Assembly: GCA_044222185.1 (NCBI GenBank)
Contig: JBGANV010000001.1
Coordinates: forward strand, 928,001-992,000
DNA from: Planctomycetota bacterium
Lineage (GTDB): Bacteria > Planctomycetota > GCA-002687715 > CAIWVZ01
Length of the DNA: 64,000 bases
Direction: 5' to 3'
Shown here: positions 47,489 to 57,553 of the stretch, piece after piece
How positions within the stretch are numbered: position 1 is the first letter of the stretch
Layout of the letters: each line of letters begins with the position of its first letter
Made by a program: the position numbers and the translations under genes
The notes under the pieces: model-generated
Told to the model about the DNA's origin: nothing
The model's input: the letters and a program-made list of their open reading frames with translations, nothing else
Databases searched by the model: none

Positions 47489-47910
47489 GTCAGAATCTCC
47501 TTGCCCCGGTCCGTTCCATCGTTCTCGCGGAGGCATTGAGCCAGCGCGTGAACCAGAACCTGGAGCCGGGTTTCGCACTCTTCTCGTTCCGGGGTTCTTC
47601 GAGCCCCCGCACGGCGATCCTAAAGTGTTCCAGGGCGCCAGGCAGGACAAGCGGTGTCCACGGGAACCATGGCGCGGAACGCCCACACGGACGTGGGGCT
47701 CGGCTGGTTCCTCGAGCGACTTCACCGCTGACGATCGAGACAACGCGGAACGAGTGGACGGTTTGCAGCTTCTACGGCTGTGATCCCATGCCGCTCCCCC
47801 GTCAAGCCGCCCCCCGTCGCCGGTCGATAAGCCGAATGATGACCGCGGCTTGAGGGGTTTCCCCCGTGGATTCCATCATTCCGCGGCGTCAGGCGACGCC
47901 GGAATCGACC

Positions 47911-48288
47911 ATGCAAGAGAACAGAGCATTCCCGCGCGTGTCAGGCAGTTGCCGGGTCGCATTCCGTGCGGTCGGCGACGATCCCATGTTCCGCTCCATG
48001 AGCGAAGGCAATGGCCTCATGCAGAACATCTCCGGCGGAGGCGTCTGCATCGGGGTCGCGGAGCCGGTTCCGGTGGGGACCATGCTGGCGCTCGACATCG
48101 ACCTGGAGGGCTTCCCCACCTCGGTGATCGCCCTCGGCAAGGTCGTCTGGTGTCGGCCGGGCACCGGCGAACAGGAAGTCGGCGTCGAGTTCTGGTGGAT
48201 CGGATGGCGGGACGAAGCCGCGCAGGCGCAGATCCGCACGTTCATCGCCAGGAAGCTTCGGGACGAGGCGGGAGTCAAGTCCGTCTGA
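47911..48288 (+). CDS. stand-alone PilZ domain protein (c-di-GMP receptor)
   Basis: ENRAFPR (RxxxR), QNISGGG (D/NxSxxG), GKVVW, GVEF. Confidence 0.88.
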   Translation: MQENRAFPRVSGSCRVAFRAVGDDPMFRSMSEGNGLMQNISGGGVCIGVAEPVPVGTMLALDIDLEGFPTSVIALGKVVWCRPGTGEQEVGVEFWWIGWRDEAAQAQIRTFIARKLRDEAGVKSV

Positions 48289-48290
48289 CC

Positions 48291-49421
48291 TCAGCGTTCC
48301 GGTATCCGCCAACCCGGTGCCAGGACCTCGTCGTAGAGCGCACAGATCTCTCTGACCAACCGCCCGGTCGAGAAGCGTGCCGCGACGTCCGCGCGGACGC
48401 TCGCCGCAACTCCCCCAGCTTCCGCCATCTCCACCACGGCCGCCGCGAGGTCTTCGGCACGCCGTGACACGACGCGTCCGGCGCGGGCATCGACGACGGA
48501 CCGGACTGCGCCGACGTCCGTGCTCACGACGGGGCGGCCGGCAATCTGAGCTTCGATGAGGCAGAGCGGCGTCCCTTCGCTCGCGCTCGTGAGCAGTACG
48601 AGATCGGCCGACGCGTAGAGGTGTGCCGGGTCTGCCACGAAGTCCGCGATCGTGGCTCGGCCGGCAAGGCGTGGATCGGCGGCGATCGCCTCCGCGATCG
48701 GCGCTCGCAGCGGCCCGTCGCCAGTCAGCGACAAGCGGAACCGATCTGGGAGGCGGCGGAGCACCTCCAGGGCGAGCCACGGGTCCTTGATCGGCACGAG
48801 CCGGACGGGAAGGAGGACTCGAACCGTTGGGCGCGCGGCGTCCACGCCAGGCACTGCTTCGAGATCGGCCGACGCGACCGCGGGCGCGATGGTCCGAACG
48901 CGCGCCGATAACTCCTTCCCGAGATGGCGTCTCACGTCCTCGAGCTGTGAGGCGGCCTGAACGATCAATACGTCGGATCGGCGGGCCGCCGCACGCTCCG
49001 CTGCGCGGACGGCCACGCGAGTCAGACCCCGGAAGTACCCCTCGAAGGTGTGCCCGTGATACGTGTGGATCACGCGCGCCACCCCAGCCCGGCGCGCCGC
49101 GACGCGCGCCAGGAACCCGGCCTTGCCCTGGTGCGTGTGGACGATGGACGGGCGCAGCGTTCGGAAGTGTCGCTCCAGCGCCCGCATGGCTCGCCAGTCC
49201 GCGGCGGGGTCGATCCTGCGCTGAAGCGACGACAGGACGATCCGTTCGCCTGAAACGTGGATCAGGTCCGCATGCTCGTCCGCGTCCGCGACGCCGGTGA
49301 AGAGGACCTGGCGGAAGCGGGCAGGATCCAGACCGTCCATCAATTGGGCGACGTGGCGCGTCGGGCCACCGACGTTCAAGCGCGTGATCACTCGGGCCAC
49401 CAGCGGTGCGGACGCGGACAT
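48291..49421 (-). CDS. glycosyltransferase family 4
   Basis: VITRLNVGGP, HTHQGKAG, HTYHGH, RLVPIKD, GDGPLR, SASEGTPLCLIEA, TDVG. Confidence 0.9.
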   Translation of the reverse strand: MSASAPLVARVITRLNVGGPTRHVAQLMDGLDPARFRQVLFTGVADADEHADLIHVSGERIVLSSLQRRIDPAADWRAMRALERHFRTLRPSIVHTHQGKAGFLARVAARRAGVARVIHTYHGHTFEGYFRGLTRVAVRAAERAAARRSDVLIVQAASQLEDVRRHLGKELSARVRTIAPAVASADLEAVPGVDAARPTVRVLLPVRLVPIKDPWLALEVLRRLPDRFRLSLTGDGPLRAPIAEAIAADPRLAGRATIADFVADPAHLYASADLVLLTSASEGTPLCLIEAQIAGRPVVSTDVGAVRSVVDARAGRVVSRRAEDLAAAVVEMAEAGGVAASVRADVAARFSTGRLVREICALYDEVLAPGWRIPER

Positions 49422-49491
49422 CGTTCGATGGTAACGGGCGCGCGGTCCTCGCCCATTTCGGAGGGACGCTCCCCCCGGTACTCTCAACCCC

Positions 49492-51675
49492 GTGACCGAC
49501 ACGTCAGCGGAAGAGGTCCTCGAGGGCACGATCGAGAAGATCCTGTACGAGGACGAGACGTCGGGGTTCGGCGTCGTCCTGCTCGAGCCGGCCATCGGCC
49601 GCGGGGCGGTCGTCGCGGCCGGCCAGATCTCGCGTCCCATCGCGGGTCAGACGTTCCGCTTTCACGGCGAGTGGCACGAGCACCCCAGGTTCGGCCGTCA
49701 GCTCAAGGTCTCGACCATGATCCCGGTGACTCCGGAAACGGAGGATGGGATCCGTCGCTACCTCGCATCGGGTCGGTTCTCGGGCATCGGGACGGCGACC
49801 GCCGGGAAGATCGTCGACGCTCTCGGACCAAAGACGTTCGACACGCTGCTTTCCGATGACTCCGACGTTCGCGTGGAGGGGATCGGCAAGAAGAAGCTGA
49901 AGAAGCTGCGAGCCGCACTGCGTGAAGAGCGGGCACGCATCGATGCGATGGTGTTTCTCGCGAGCCTGGGCCTCACACCGAGACTCTCCCAGGCGATCCT
50001 CGACCGCTACGGCGCGACGACGATCGACGTCGTGCGCCGCGATCCCTACCTGCTGTGCCAGACCGTGGATGGAATCGGCTTCCAGACGGCCGATCGGATC
50101 GCCGGCGCCGTCGGGATCACCGGCAACCATCCCAAGCGGATTCGGGCCGGCGTGGCCTACGTCATCGAGCTCGGTCGCGAGCAGGGGCACGTCTGCCTCC
50201 CGCGCAACGTGGCCACGCAACGTGCTGCCGCCGTACTCCAGGCGGACATCGGAGACGTCGAGGACGGCATCGACGCTGCGCTCCAGGCCGCGCTGCTCAT
50301 CGAGGACGACGCGCCCGACGGCACGGAGCTGCTCTATCTGCCCGTTCTGCACCGCGCCGAAGTGTTCGTCGCCGGCTGCCTCCTTCGATCCGAGGGCCGG
50401 CGACCGATCCTGCGAGACGGCGAGATGCTCTATTGGGACTTCCCGGCGATGCTCTCGGATGAACAGCGCGACGCCGTGATGCTCCTGTTGCGGAGCCCGG
50501 TTGCCGTCTTGACCGGCGGTCCCGGCGTCGGCAAGACGACGGTGCTGAAGGCCTTCGTGAACGCGGCACGATCCGTGAAGCGCAAGGTAGAGCTCTGCGC
50601 GCCGACCGGCCGCGCGGCACGCCGGCTCGAGGAAGCAACCAACCATTCGGCGAGCACCATTCACAGGCTCCTGCGAATCGCGCCGAATGCCGTTGCAGTG
50701 GAGCGCCCCCCGGAGGAGATCCGCGCCGACGCTCTCGTGATCGACGAAGCCTCGATGCTCGACCTCCCGCTCTTCGCGCGCGTGCTCGAGGCGCTCCCGT
50801 CCCATGCATCGCTCATCCTCGTGGGCGACAAGGACCAGCTGCCGTCGATCGGCCCGGGAGACGTTCTCAACGATCTGATCGCAAGTGGGGTGGTTCCCGT
50901 GGCGCGACTGACCCGTATCTATCGCCAGGAGTCCCACGGTCTGATCGTGCGCAACGCCCACCGTGTTCTTGCTGGCGACCCTCCCGTCTTCCCTCCGCCA
51001 GGAGACGACAGCGACTTCTACTTCATGGAACGGAATTCGCCGGAGGACGCGGCCCAGCTCATCCGAGACCTCGTGGCAACACGTCTCCCCGGGCATTTCG
51101 GCGTGAACCCCCGCGAGGACATCCAGGTTCTCTGCCCCATGCACCGCGGCGCCGCCGGCACGGACGCCATCAACGACCTGCTCCAGGACACGCTGAATGG
51201 AGACAAGCCCGGTGCACGCAAGGGCGACAGGCGGCTGCGCGTGGGTGACCGTGTGATCTTCACTCGAAACGACTACGACAAGTCGCTTTCCAACGGAGAC
51301 CTGGGCCAGGTCGTCGGCATCAACCCGGAATCAGGAGTCGTCGACATCGTCTTCGGCCACGAGCCGCACACGTTCCGGGAGTGGAAGGACCTTTCGCTCG
51401 CGTTCGCACTCACGGTCCACAAAGCTCAGGGTTCCGAGTACCCGGTCGTGATCATCCCTCTGTTCACGGAACAGCGCATCATGCTGCGCCGCAGCCTCGT
51501 CTACACGGCGATGACTCGTGCGAAGAAGCTCCTGATCATCGTCGGACAGAAAGCCGCGTTGGCCATGGCGATCGAGGAGAGCCGGCGGTGGAGCCGCTGG
51601 ACGCTGCTGCGTTCCCGCCTCGGTGCATCCATCGCGACGCTCGACGAGGACGCCTCCGAACCTGTCGACGATTGA
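49492..51675 (+). CDS. recD2: ATP-dependent RecD2-like DNA helicase
   Basis: HPRFGRQ, GIGFQTAD HhH, TGGPGVGKTT, APTGRAA, IDEASM, VGDKDQLPSIGPG, TVHKAQGSEY, YTAMTRA. Confidence 0.95.
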   Translation: MTDTSAEEVLEGTIEKILYEDETSGFGVVLLEPAIGRGAVVAAGQISRPIAGQTFRFHGEWHEHPRFGRQLKVSTMIPVTPETEDGIRRYLASGRFSGIGTATAGKIVDALGPKTFDTLLSDDSDVRVEGIGKKKLKKLRAALREERARIDAMVFLASLGLTPRLSQAILDRYGATTIDVVRRDPYLLCQTVDGIGFQTADRIAGAVGITGNHPKRIRAGVAYVIELGREQGHVCLPRNVATQRAAAVLQADIGDVEDGIDAALQAALLIEDDAPDGTELLYLPVLHRAEVFVAGCLLRSEGRRPILRDGEMLYWDFPAMLSDEQRDAVMLLLRSPVAVLTGGPGVGKTTVLKAFVNAARSVKRKVELCAPTGRAARRLEEATNHSASTIHRLLRIAPNAVAVERPPEEIRADALVIDEASMLDLPLFARVLEALPSHASLILVGDKDQLPSIGPGDVLNDLIASGVVPVARLTRIYRQESHGLIVRNAHRVLAGDPPVFPPPGDDSDFYFMERNSPEDAAQLIRDLVATRLPGHFGVNPREDIQVLCPMHRGAAGTDAINDLLQDTLNGDKPGARKGDRRLRVGDRVIFTRNDYDKSLSNGDLGQVVGINPESGVVDIVFGHEPHTFREWKDLSLAFALTVHKAQGSEYPVVIIPLFTEQRIMLRRSLVYTAMTRAKKLLIIVGQKAALAMAIEESRRWSRWTLLRSRLGASIATLDEDASEPVDD

Positions 51676-51715
51676 TCCGCGGAGTCCGGGGGTCGTCGGT
51701 ATAGTGGCGGCCTCC

Positions 51716-52558
51716 ATGCGACTTTTCTTCGTTTCCGACCTCCATGTGGACGTGCCCGGCAACGAGCCGTTCGTTCGCTCCGTGGCCGCGCTCGCGGCTG
51801 ACGAGAAGCCCGACGTGATCGTCGTCGCCGGCGATGTCTGCAACGGCCCTGCTCGGCTCGAGGAGACCCTCGCGTGGTTTCGACCGCACGCGCCGCACGC
51901 GCTCTTCGTTCCAGGCAACCACGACCTATGGACACTCGGTGAATCCGAGTCGGCCCGCGACATCTACTATCGGACGCTGCCACGGGTGGCGGCGGCGGCA
52001 GGTTTCACCTCGTTGGCGACGGAGCCCATGGTCCTCGGCTCGACGGCGTTCGTCGGAACGATGGCGTGGTACGACTACTCGTTCGCCGACCCGGCGGACG
52101 GTTTCACTGACGACCAGCTTCGCTCGAAGATCCGCAACGGCATGCAGTGGATGGATGCACGGTTCGTCCGCTGGGTCGACGGCGGGGGCGTGAGCCTTTC
52201 GGACGCCGACGTGACCGAGCTCATGTGCGAAGACCTGCGGGACCAACTCGACGCGGTGACGGACGATTCCGTCGACAAGGTGATTCTCGTCACGCATCAC
52301 CTGCCGGACGTGCGGTTGTCTCCGCCGTCGTTCTATTCCGAGCGACTGGCGTTCTTCCGATCGTTCCTCGGCAGCAACCGCTTTGCCCAGATCTGCGGCG
52401 CCGATCCACGAGTGACGCTCGCTCTCGCGGGCCACGTCCACGCGATCCGCAGCGTCCAACTGGGTGGGCTTGCGATGCGGACCTGCCCCGTCGGTTACCC
52501 GAAGGATCGGGTGACGGCCGTCGAACCGTCGGAGCGCAGGCTACTCATCGACGTCTGA
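51716..52558 (+). CDS. calcineurin-like metallophosphoesterase
   Basis: SDLH, AGD, PGNHDLW, WYDYSF, THH, GHVH. Confidence 0.88.
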   Translation: MRLFFVSDLHVDVPGNEPFVRSVAALAADEKPDVIVVAGDVCNGPARLEETLAWFRPHAPHALFVPGNHDLWTLGESESARDIYYRTLPRVAAAAGFTSLATEPMVLGSTAFVGTMAWYDYSFADPADGFTDDQLRSKIRNGMQWMDARFVRWVDGGGVSLSDADVTELMCEDLRDQLDAVTDDSVDKVILVTHHLPDVRLSPPSFYSERLAFFRSFLGSNRFAQICGADPRVTLALAGHVHAIRSVQLGGLAMRTCPVGYPKDRVTAVEPSERRLLIDV

Positions 52559-52560
52559 CC

Positions 52561-53451
52561 ATGCGGCTTCTCGTCGTCCTTCCAACCTACAACGAGGCGT
52601 TGAACCTCCGGCAGATGGTCACGGAACTGCTGGCGCTCCCGGTGCCGACGGATGTCCTCGTGGTCGACGACGCGTCGCCAGATGGGACCTCCGACGAAGC
52701 GCTCGCGCTCGGGCGTGAGCACCCTGGACGGATCCAACTGCTTCGTCGGACCGGGAAGCTCGGCCTCGGCTCGGCCTATCGCGACGGGCTCGCGCGTGCC
52801 CTGACCTGGGGAACCCATTCCTGGATCGCCCTCATGGACTGCGACTTTTCGCACCCACCTCCGGCGCTTGCCGCCATGGTCGAAGCGGCGAGCCGGGCAG
52901 ACATGGTCGTCGGTTCGCGCTACGTGCCCGGCGGGTCGGTGAGCGGGTGGGGATTCCACCGGCGGTGGCTCAGCCGAAACGCGAACCGGCTCGCCCGGGC
53001 GTGGCTCGGGCTCCCGGTCTCCGACTACACGTCCGGGTTCATGCTCATGCGCCGCACCGCGCTCGAGAGCATGCGAGTTTCGCGCGGAAGCTGCGAGGGA
53101 TACGCGGCGACGATCGAGCTCAAGTGCATGGCATTCGCGAGCCAGGCCAGGATCGCGGAGGTCCCCATCGTCTTTCGTGACAGGGAACGCGGCAAGTCGA
53201 AGCTCGATCTCCGAATCGTGCTGGAGGCCATCCGTCGTCTCACGGATCTGAAGCGACGGCTGGGAGAGTGGGCGCGCGAAGACGGTTCACACGCTGCGCG
53301 CACCACGCAAACTCGCGACGAGCGTCAAAAGTCCCCACAGGCCGAACGAGGCGGCCACCATCCCGCCGCCCAGTTGCACCATGGGCGCGAAGGCGGCGTC
53401 GAGCCGGGTCAGCCACCAGCCGCCGACGTCGATCAGCAGGCCGCCGGCTGA
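52561..53451 (+). CDS. polyprenol monophosphomannose synthase (Ppm1/DPM1-like GT2)
   Basis: LPTYNE, VDDASPDGT, GKLGLGSAY, MDCDFSH, GSRYVPGG, DYTSGF, EVPIVFRDRERGKSK; C-terminal ~55 codons overlap the convergent gene. Confidence 0.88.
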   Translation: MRLLVVLPTYNEALNLRQMVTELLALPVPTDVLVVDDASPDGTSDEALALGREHPGRIQLLRRTGKLGLGSAYRDGLARALTWGTHSWIALMDCDFSHPPPALAAMVEAASRADMVVGSRYVPGGSVSGWGFHRRWLSRNANRLARAWLGLPVSDYTSGFMLMRRTALESMRVSRGSCEGYAATIELKCMAFASQARIAEVPIVFRDRERGKSKLDLRIVLEAIRRLTDLKRRLGEWAREDGSHAARTTQTRDERQKSPQAERGGHHPAAQLHHGREGGVEPGQPPAADVDQQAAG

Positions 53452-54060
53452 GAGAATCCACAGCCCGAAACGAATGCGCTCGGCGACGCGGAGGCGCTCG
53501 GTGATCAGCGCGTAGACGAGGAACGCGAAACCGATCGCGAAGAGATGAATGTGCGACACCCACGCGAGACTCTTCCACGGCATGGCGGAGTCGCTGGGCC
53601 CCGTGTACTTCGACACGTCTTCGTACGACTCGAGCGGCGCGCCGGGGTTCTCGCCCTTGGCTCGATCCGCTCCGCGGTGGTGGCAGGGCGTGCAGTTGAG
53701 CTTGATCATCGGCGCCATCGCGGCGTCGTAGGACTTGTCCTCCGCGCCGTCCTTCCAGGTCCGCGGTGCGGACTGCGATAGCCAGGCGAGAAGCGCCTTG
53801 CCGTCGTCTCCCGGCGGCAGGTATTCCTGCATGCTTCCCGCCGTGAGCTGGGACAGCATGCGGCTCTTCCCCTTCTCGCCATGGAAGGTGAGTTCTATGT
53901 CCCGGCGCGTGAGGCCGGGTTCGCCGTCTGCCATCTCGCGGTTCAGGTAGAGGTTCAACGCGGCCGCCCCATACGAAAGCGACGTGAGGATCGCGAATCC
54001 GGCGAAAACGGCGCGCGTGGTCCTTGAGATGGGCAGGTTGGGGTTCGGGCTGGGTGTCAT
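53287..54060 (-). CDS. monohaem c-type cytochrome membrane protein
   Basis: N-terminal TM, CTPCH haem-binding motif, SLAWVSHIHLFAI and three further TM helices. Confidence 0.7.
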   Translation of the reverse strand: MTPSPNPNLPISRTTRAVFAGFAILTSLSYGAAALNLYLNREMADGEPGLTRRDIELTFHGEKGKSRMLSQLTAGSMQEYLPPGDDGKALLAWLSQSAPRTWKDGAEDKSYDAAMAPMIKLNCTPCHHRGADRAKGENPGAPLESYEDVSKYTGPSDSAMPWKSLAWVSHIHLFAIGFAFLVYALITERLRVAERIRFGLWILSAGGLLIDVGGWWLTRLDAAFAPMVQLGGGMVAASFGLWGLLTLVASLRGARSV

Positions 54061-54133
54061 CGGCGGAACTCACTCCCGGGTCGCGGAGATCGGATGATTG
54101 CCGCAAACCCGGGACGTCGTGGGGGTCGGGTCG

Positions 54134-54943
54134 TTAACCGGAGGTGGGGCGCCTCCAAACGACCTGCAGGTGGTGTGCCCGACCGAGACCGAGTTCCGTC
54201 GGACCGAGCTTAGCTTCCATTTCGAGGAGCTGACGCCGGAGCTGGCGGTCGTCGAGCCAGGGATGCCCGTGACGGAGGTCGAAGACGGTCTTGCCGATCA
54301 GGTGTTCCACCTCGAGACCGGAACGACTCCCGAGCGTCCGCAATTCCTCCGGCGTGAACGCATGCAGCGGGAAGCGCTCCTCGGCGCGATCCGCGAGCCA
54401 GACCGAGCTTCCCGTCCGGAGAAAGCCGTCGAGCCCCTCCAGGTCGTGGCGGGTCAGGAAGGGGTCGATTCCTCCGAAACGGGAATCGACGGACATCACT
54501 GCGACGCCGCCCGGGCGCAGGACGCGGCGGATGTTTCGAACAGCCTCCCGTGGATCCTCCACGAACGAGAGCGGGTCACCCTGTCCCGTCACGAGCCCGA
54601 AGGAATCGTCCGGAAGCCCGTCGAGAGTCTGGAGGTCGGCCTTCACGAAGGTCGAGGGGCGGGACGGGAACGCAGTGGTCGCCTTGGCCTGCGCACGATC
54701 GAGCATGGCCTGCGAGAGGTCCGAGAAGGTCACCCGGAACCCCGACTTCAGCAGCTCCAGACCGTAGAGCCCCGTCCCGCAACCCGCGTCGAGCACGGGT
54801 TGTGAGAGGTCCGCCGGCAGCCACCGCCGCAGGTGCCGGTAGCTCACGTCGAAGTAGTAGTCCCAGTAGGTGTCGCGTGCGTAGATGTCGTCGTATCGGG
54901 CGGCGACGCGGTCGTGGTAGTGCTCGTTCGGCCCCTTCTTCAT
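54134..54943 (-). CDS. class I SAM-dependent methyltransferase
   Basis: VLDAGCGTG, DLSQAML, SFGLV, RRVLRPGG. Confidence 0.88.
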   Translation of the reverse strand: MKKGPNEHYHDRVAARYDDIYARDTYWDYYFDVSYRHLRRWLPADLSQPVLDAGCGTGLYGLELLKSGFRVTFSDLSQAMLDRAQAKATTAFPSRPSTFVKADLQTLDGLPDDSFGLVTGQGDPLSFVEDPREAVRNIRRVLRPGGVAVMSVDSRFGGIDPFLTRHDLEGLDGFLRTGSSVWLADRAEERFPLHAFTPEELRTLGSRSGLEVEHLIGKTVFDLRHGHPWLDDRQLRRQLLEMEAKLGPTELGLGRAHHLQVVWRRPTSG

Positions 54944-54976
54944 GCCGCCCGTTGTACCGCGAACGTCGCCCCCACG

Positions 54977-55747
54977 TCACTTCGGTGCCGTCAAGCTCAT
55001 CGTCTTCGCCAGCTGGCGAAAGGCCTCCACCGTCCGGTCCCGGTCACCCGGGCCGGAGGAGTAGCCGATGCCGACGGCCTGCCCCGACGTTTCGAGGCGC
55101 AGGCAGACCCCGAGCACCCCCGTCCCGGACCGCCCGAGCGACGCCTCGACGACGTTGCAGGCAGCGGGCGTACCCATCCAGTCGATCTCCTGGATTTCCA
55201 CCGGCCGTGGATCCACACCACGCGAACGAAGCGTCCGAAGCGTCATGTCCTGGAGGAGCTTCATCACGGACTCGGCGACTTCCGGGAGGAGCCCGCTACG
55301 GCGATGAACGAGCACGAACATCGATGCGTCGACGAACGGCCGCGCGATGCCGACGGATTGCGGCGTGATCCGCATCATGACTCCGTCCGTCCCGACCTTC
55401 GTACGTTGGACGTTCCACCCCGCCGGGAACAGGAAGGTCACGCCGAACTCGGGGTCGCGAAACACGTCGAACTGGCGCGCCAGTTCCGCGAGGGCTCCCA
55501 CGTCGAGGGAGGTCCGCGGGATCCGGCCGATCAGTTCGTCCGACGCGCCAGCGATGCGGAGTGCTTCCAGGTCCTCCGAGCGGGCCGGGTCGAATCCACC
55601 GAGGCGGGTTGCGACCGCCACGATCTCGGACTCCGACACCCCCACTTCCAGCAAGGTCAGGGCCTCGGCTGCCGAGAGCCGCGGTTCCCCGTGGGCGGGC
55701 CCGGCGAGTGCGAACAGGACGAGCAGGCAGGACCATCGACGCATCAC
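54977..55747 (-). CDS. exported hypothetical protein
   Basis: Signal peptide (…PAHG-EP), LRIAGASDELI helical motif, then FRDPEFGVTFLFPAGW (PsbP-like start). Confidence 0.55.
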   Translation of the reverse strand: MMRRWSCLLVLFALAGPAHGEPRLSAAEALTLLEVGVSESEIVAVATRLGGFDPARSEDLEALRIAGASDELIGRIPRTSLDVGALAELARQFDVFRDPEFGVTFLFPAGWNVQRTKVGTDGVMMRITPQSVGIARPFVDASMFVLVHRRSGLLPEVAESVMKLLQDMTLRTLRSRGVDPRPVEIQEIDWMGTPAACNVVEASLGRSGTGVLGVCLRLETSGQAVGIGYSSGPGDRDRTVEAFRQLAKTMSLTAPK

Positions 55748-55925
55748 GACCTCCCAGGGAGATCATCGGCCGTCGCGGCGTCGCCATGAGCGGCGTACTC
55801 ACCGGGGCATGAGGCATGACCGGGAAGCCGGTCGCCGCCCCTCGCCTGAGCTGGCAAACCCGACGCAGTTGCGGTCTTTCGAGCGAGCCCCGACGACCGT
55901 CACGACGTGTTGTAGAGTGTGGCCG

Positions 55926-56528
55926 ATGCATCTGGCCGACACGATGGTCGCGTCCACCGCGCACTGCCTCGGAACTCCGACGGTCCTCGAATTCAGCGAA
56001 CCCATGAGCCGGGCTGAATTCCGCGACGTGATGGAATTCCTGCCGCTCGGTCGCCGTCACGACGCGATCGTCGTCGTGCGATCCAGTCGTGGTCGGTTCG
56101 CGGCAATCCGCAAGCCGACCTACCCGCCGGGTGCCTGGCGTTTTCCCGGCGGAGGCGTCGACCGAGGGGAAACCCTGGTCGACGGCGCGGCTCGCGAGCT
56201 TCGCGAGGAGTGCGGCCTCCCACTCTCCCCCACGCGATATCTCGCGCGAGCCACGGTGACCTTCGTCATCGACGGCGCGCCGCTCACATGGGTGACGCAC
56301 GCGTTCGCTTGCGACTCCGACGACGAGACCGAGCTCCAGCCCACCGACCACGGCGAGGCGATCGCACAGGCCGAATGGGTCGACGCAGGCGCCGTCGCCG
56401 CAGGCAACGCACTCTTCCGCGGTACGGGACGTGCCGCGCTGAACTATCGAGGGCGCCTCCAGGACGCCCTCTTGCCGCTGCTCCGCCCGAACCCCTCACA
56501 CTCCAACCCGACTGGTCCCCATCGATGA
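55926..56528 (+). CDS. NUDIX hydrolase
   Basis: Nudix box GGGVDRGETLVDGAARELREECGL; start uncertain. Confidence 0.85.
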   Translation: MHLADTMVASTAHCLGTPTVLEFSEPMSRAEFRDVMEFLPLGRRHDAIVVVRSSRGRFAAIRKPTYPPGAWRFPGGGVDRGETLVDGAARELREECGLPLSPTRYLARATVTFVIDGAPLTWVTHAFACDSDDETELQPTDHGEAIAQAEWVDAGAVAAGNALFRGTGRAALNYRGRLQDALLPLLRPNPSHSNPTGPHR

Positions 56529-57130
56529 GTCCCGAAACCGCCGTCTCGACCCAAAAAGGCTCTCAGTACACGATCGACCGTTACGTGAGCGACGTCACCG
56601 CCGCGATGGACCGAAACCTCTCGCTCGAAGACACGGTTCGTCTGATCGTCGATGCCAAGAGGAAGTTCGTGCTCGGGGGGCTGGGCCTGCCCGCGGGCTT
56701 GATGAAGCTCCATCCCACGGCGCCCTATACCCGCAACCTGGTGCATCAGGACCCGAAGAACCGCTTCACGGTGATCGCGATCCTCTGGGGTGCTTTCCAG
56801 GAAACCGCCGTCCACGATCACGTCAACTGGTGCGTCGTGGGCCTCGTCAGCGGTCTCGCACACACGGTGAACTACGACCGGGTCGACGACGATTCACACG
56901 CGGGAACGGCTGAGCTGCAGGTCCGCGATTCCCAGGTCATCCGCCCCGGAACCGTCACCGCGCTCCTGCCGCCGCCGCGTTCGAACATCCACAAGATGGC
57001 GAATGCGAACCGCGGCCTCACGGTGAGTCTGCATACCTACGGCGATCCGGGGACTCGCGCGACGGCCTTCGACCCGAAGGCAGGGACCTACCAGTCGATC
57101 GACCTGCGCTTCCACAACCTAGAACCGTGA
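56525..57130 (+). CDS. cysteine dioxygenase-family (thiol dioxygenase) cupin
   Basis: YTRNLV, W...QETAVHDH, IHKM, SLHTYG: 3-His facial triad pattern. Confidence 0.82.
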   Translation: MSPETAVSTQKGSQYTIDRYVSDVTAAMDRNLSLEDTVRLIVDAKRKFVLGGLGLPAGLMKLHPTAPYTRNLVHQDPKNRFTVIAILWGAFQETAVHDHVNWCVVGLVSGLAHTVNYDRVDDDSHAGTAELQVRDSQVIRPGTVTALLPPPRSNIHKMANANRGLTVSLHTYGDPGTRATAFDPKAGTYQSIDLRFHNLEP

Positions 57131-57184
57131 TGGAGTCGGGGTCGCGTGCCGGCAGCGCGCCGCCGACTCCCGACCGGGGGCAGA

Positions 57185-57511
57185 TCAGACGGAGAAGGAC
57201 TGCCCGCATCCGCAACCAGACTTCTCTTGCGGGTTGCGGATCTTGAAACCCGCGCCCGTCAGCGCGTCCACGTAATCGACCTGCGACCCGTTGACGTACT
57301 GGATGCTCTTCGGATCGACGAAGACCTGCACGCCGTTCGTTCCAAAGACGGTGTCGTCGTCGCGCTTCTTCGTGATGTCCATGCGGTACTGGAGGCCAGA
57401 GCAGCCGCCGCCCTCGACTGCGAGGCGCAGGCCCCAGTCGGTCAGCGCCTTCTGCTCGGAATCCAGGATCGACTTGATCTTCTCGGCGGCCTTCTCGGAA
57501 ACGGTGAGCAT
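57185..57511 (-). CDS. iscA: iron-sulfur cluster assembly accessory protein (IscA/ErpA/HesB)
   Basis: GGGCSGLQY, VDPKS, GFKIRNP, CGCGQSF. Confidence 0.93.
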   Translation of the reverse strand: MLTVSEKAAEKIKSILDSEQKALTDWGLRLAVEGGGCSGLQYRMDITKKRDDDTVFGTNGVQVFVDPKSIQYVNGSQVDYVDALTGAGFKIRNPQEKSGCGCGQSFSV

Positions 57512-57553
57512 GTGTTTTGTCTCGGCGGAAGTTGTTGTGTGAGGATAACCGGT

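Noticed and set aside
49492-52558. RecD2 helicase plus metallophosphoesterase as a possible anti-phage defence pair
   Set aside because: RecD2 has the ordinary housekeeping architecture, composition matches the core genome, and no mobile or defence genes are nearby.
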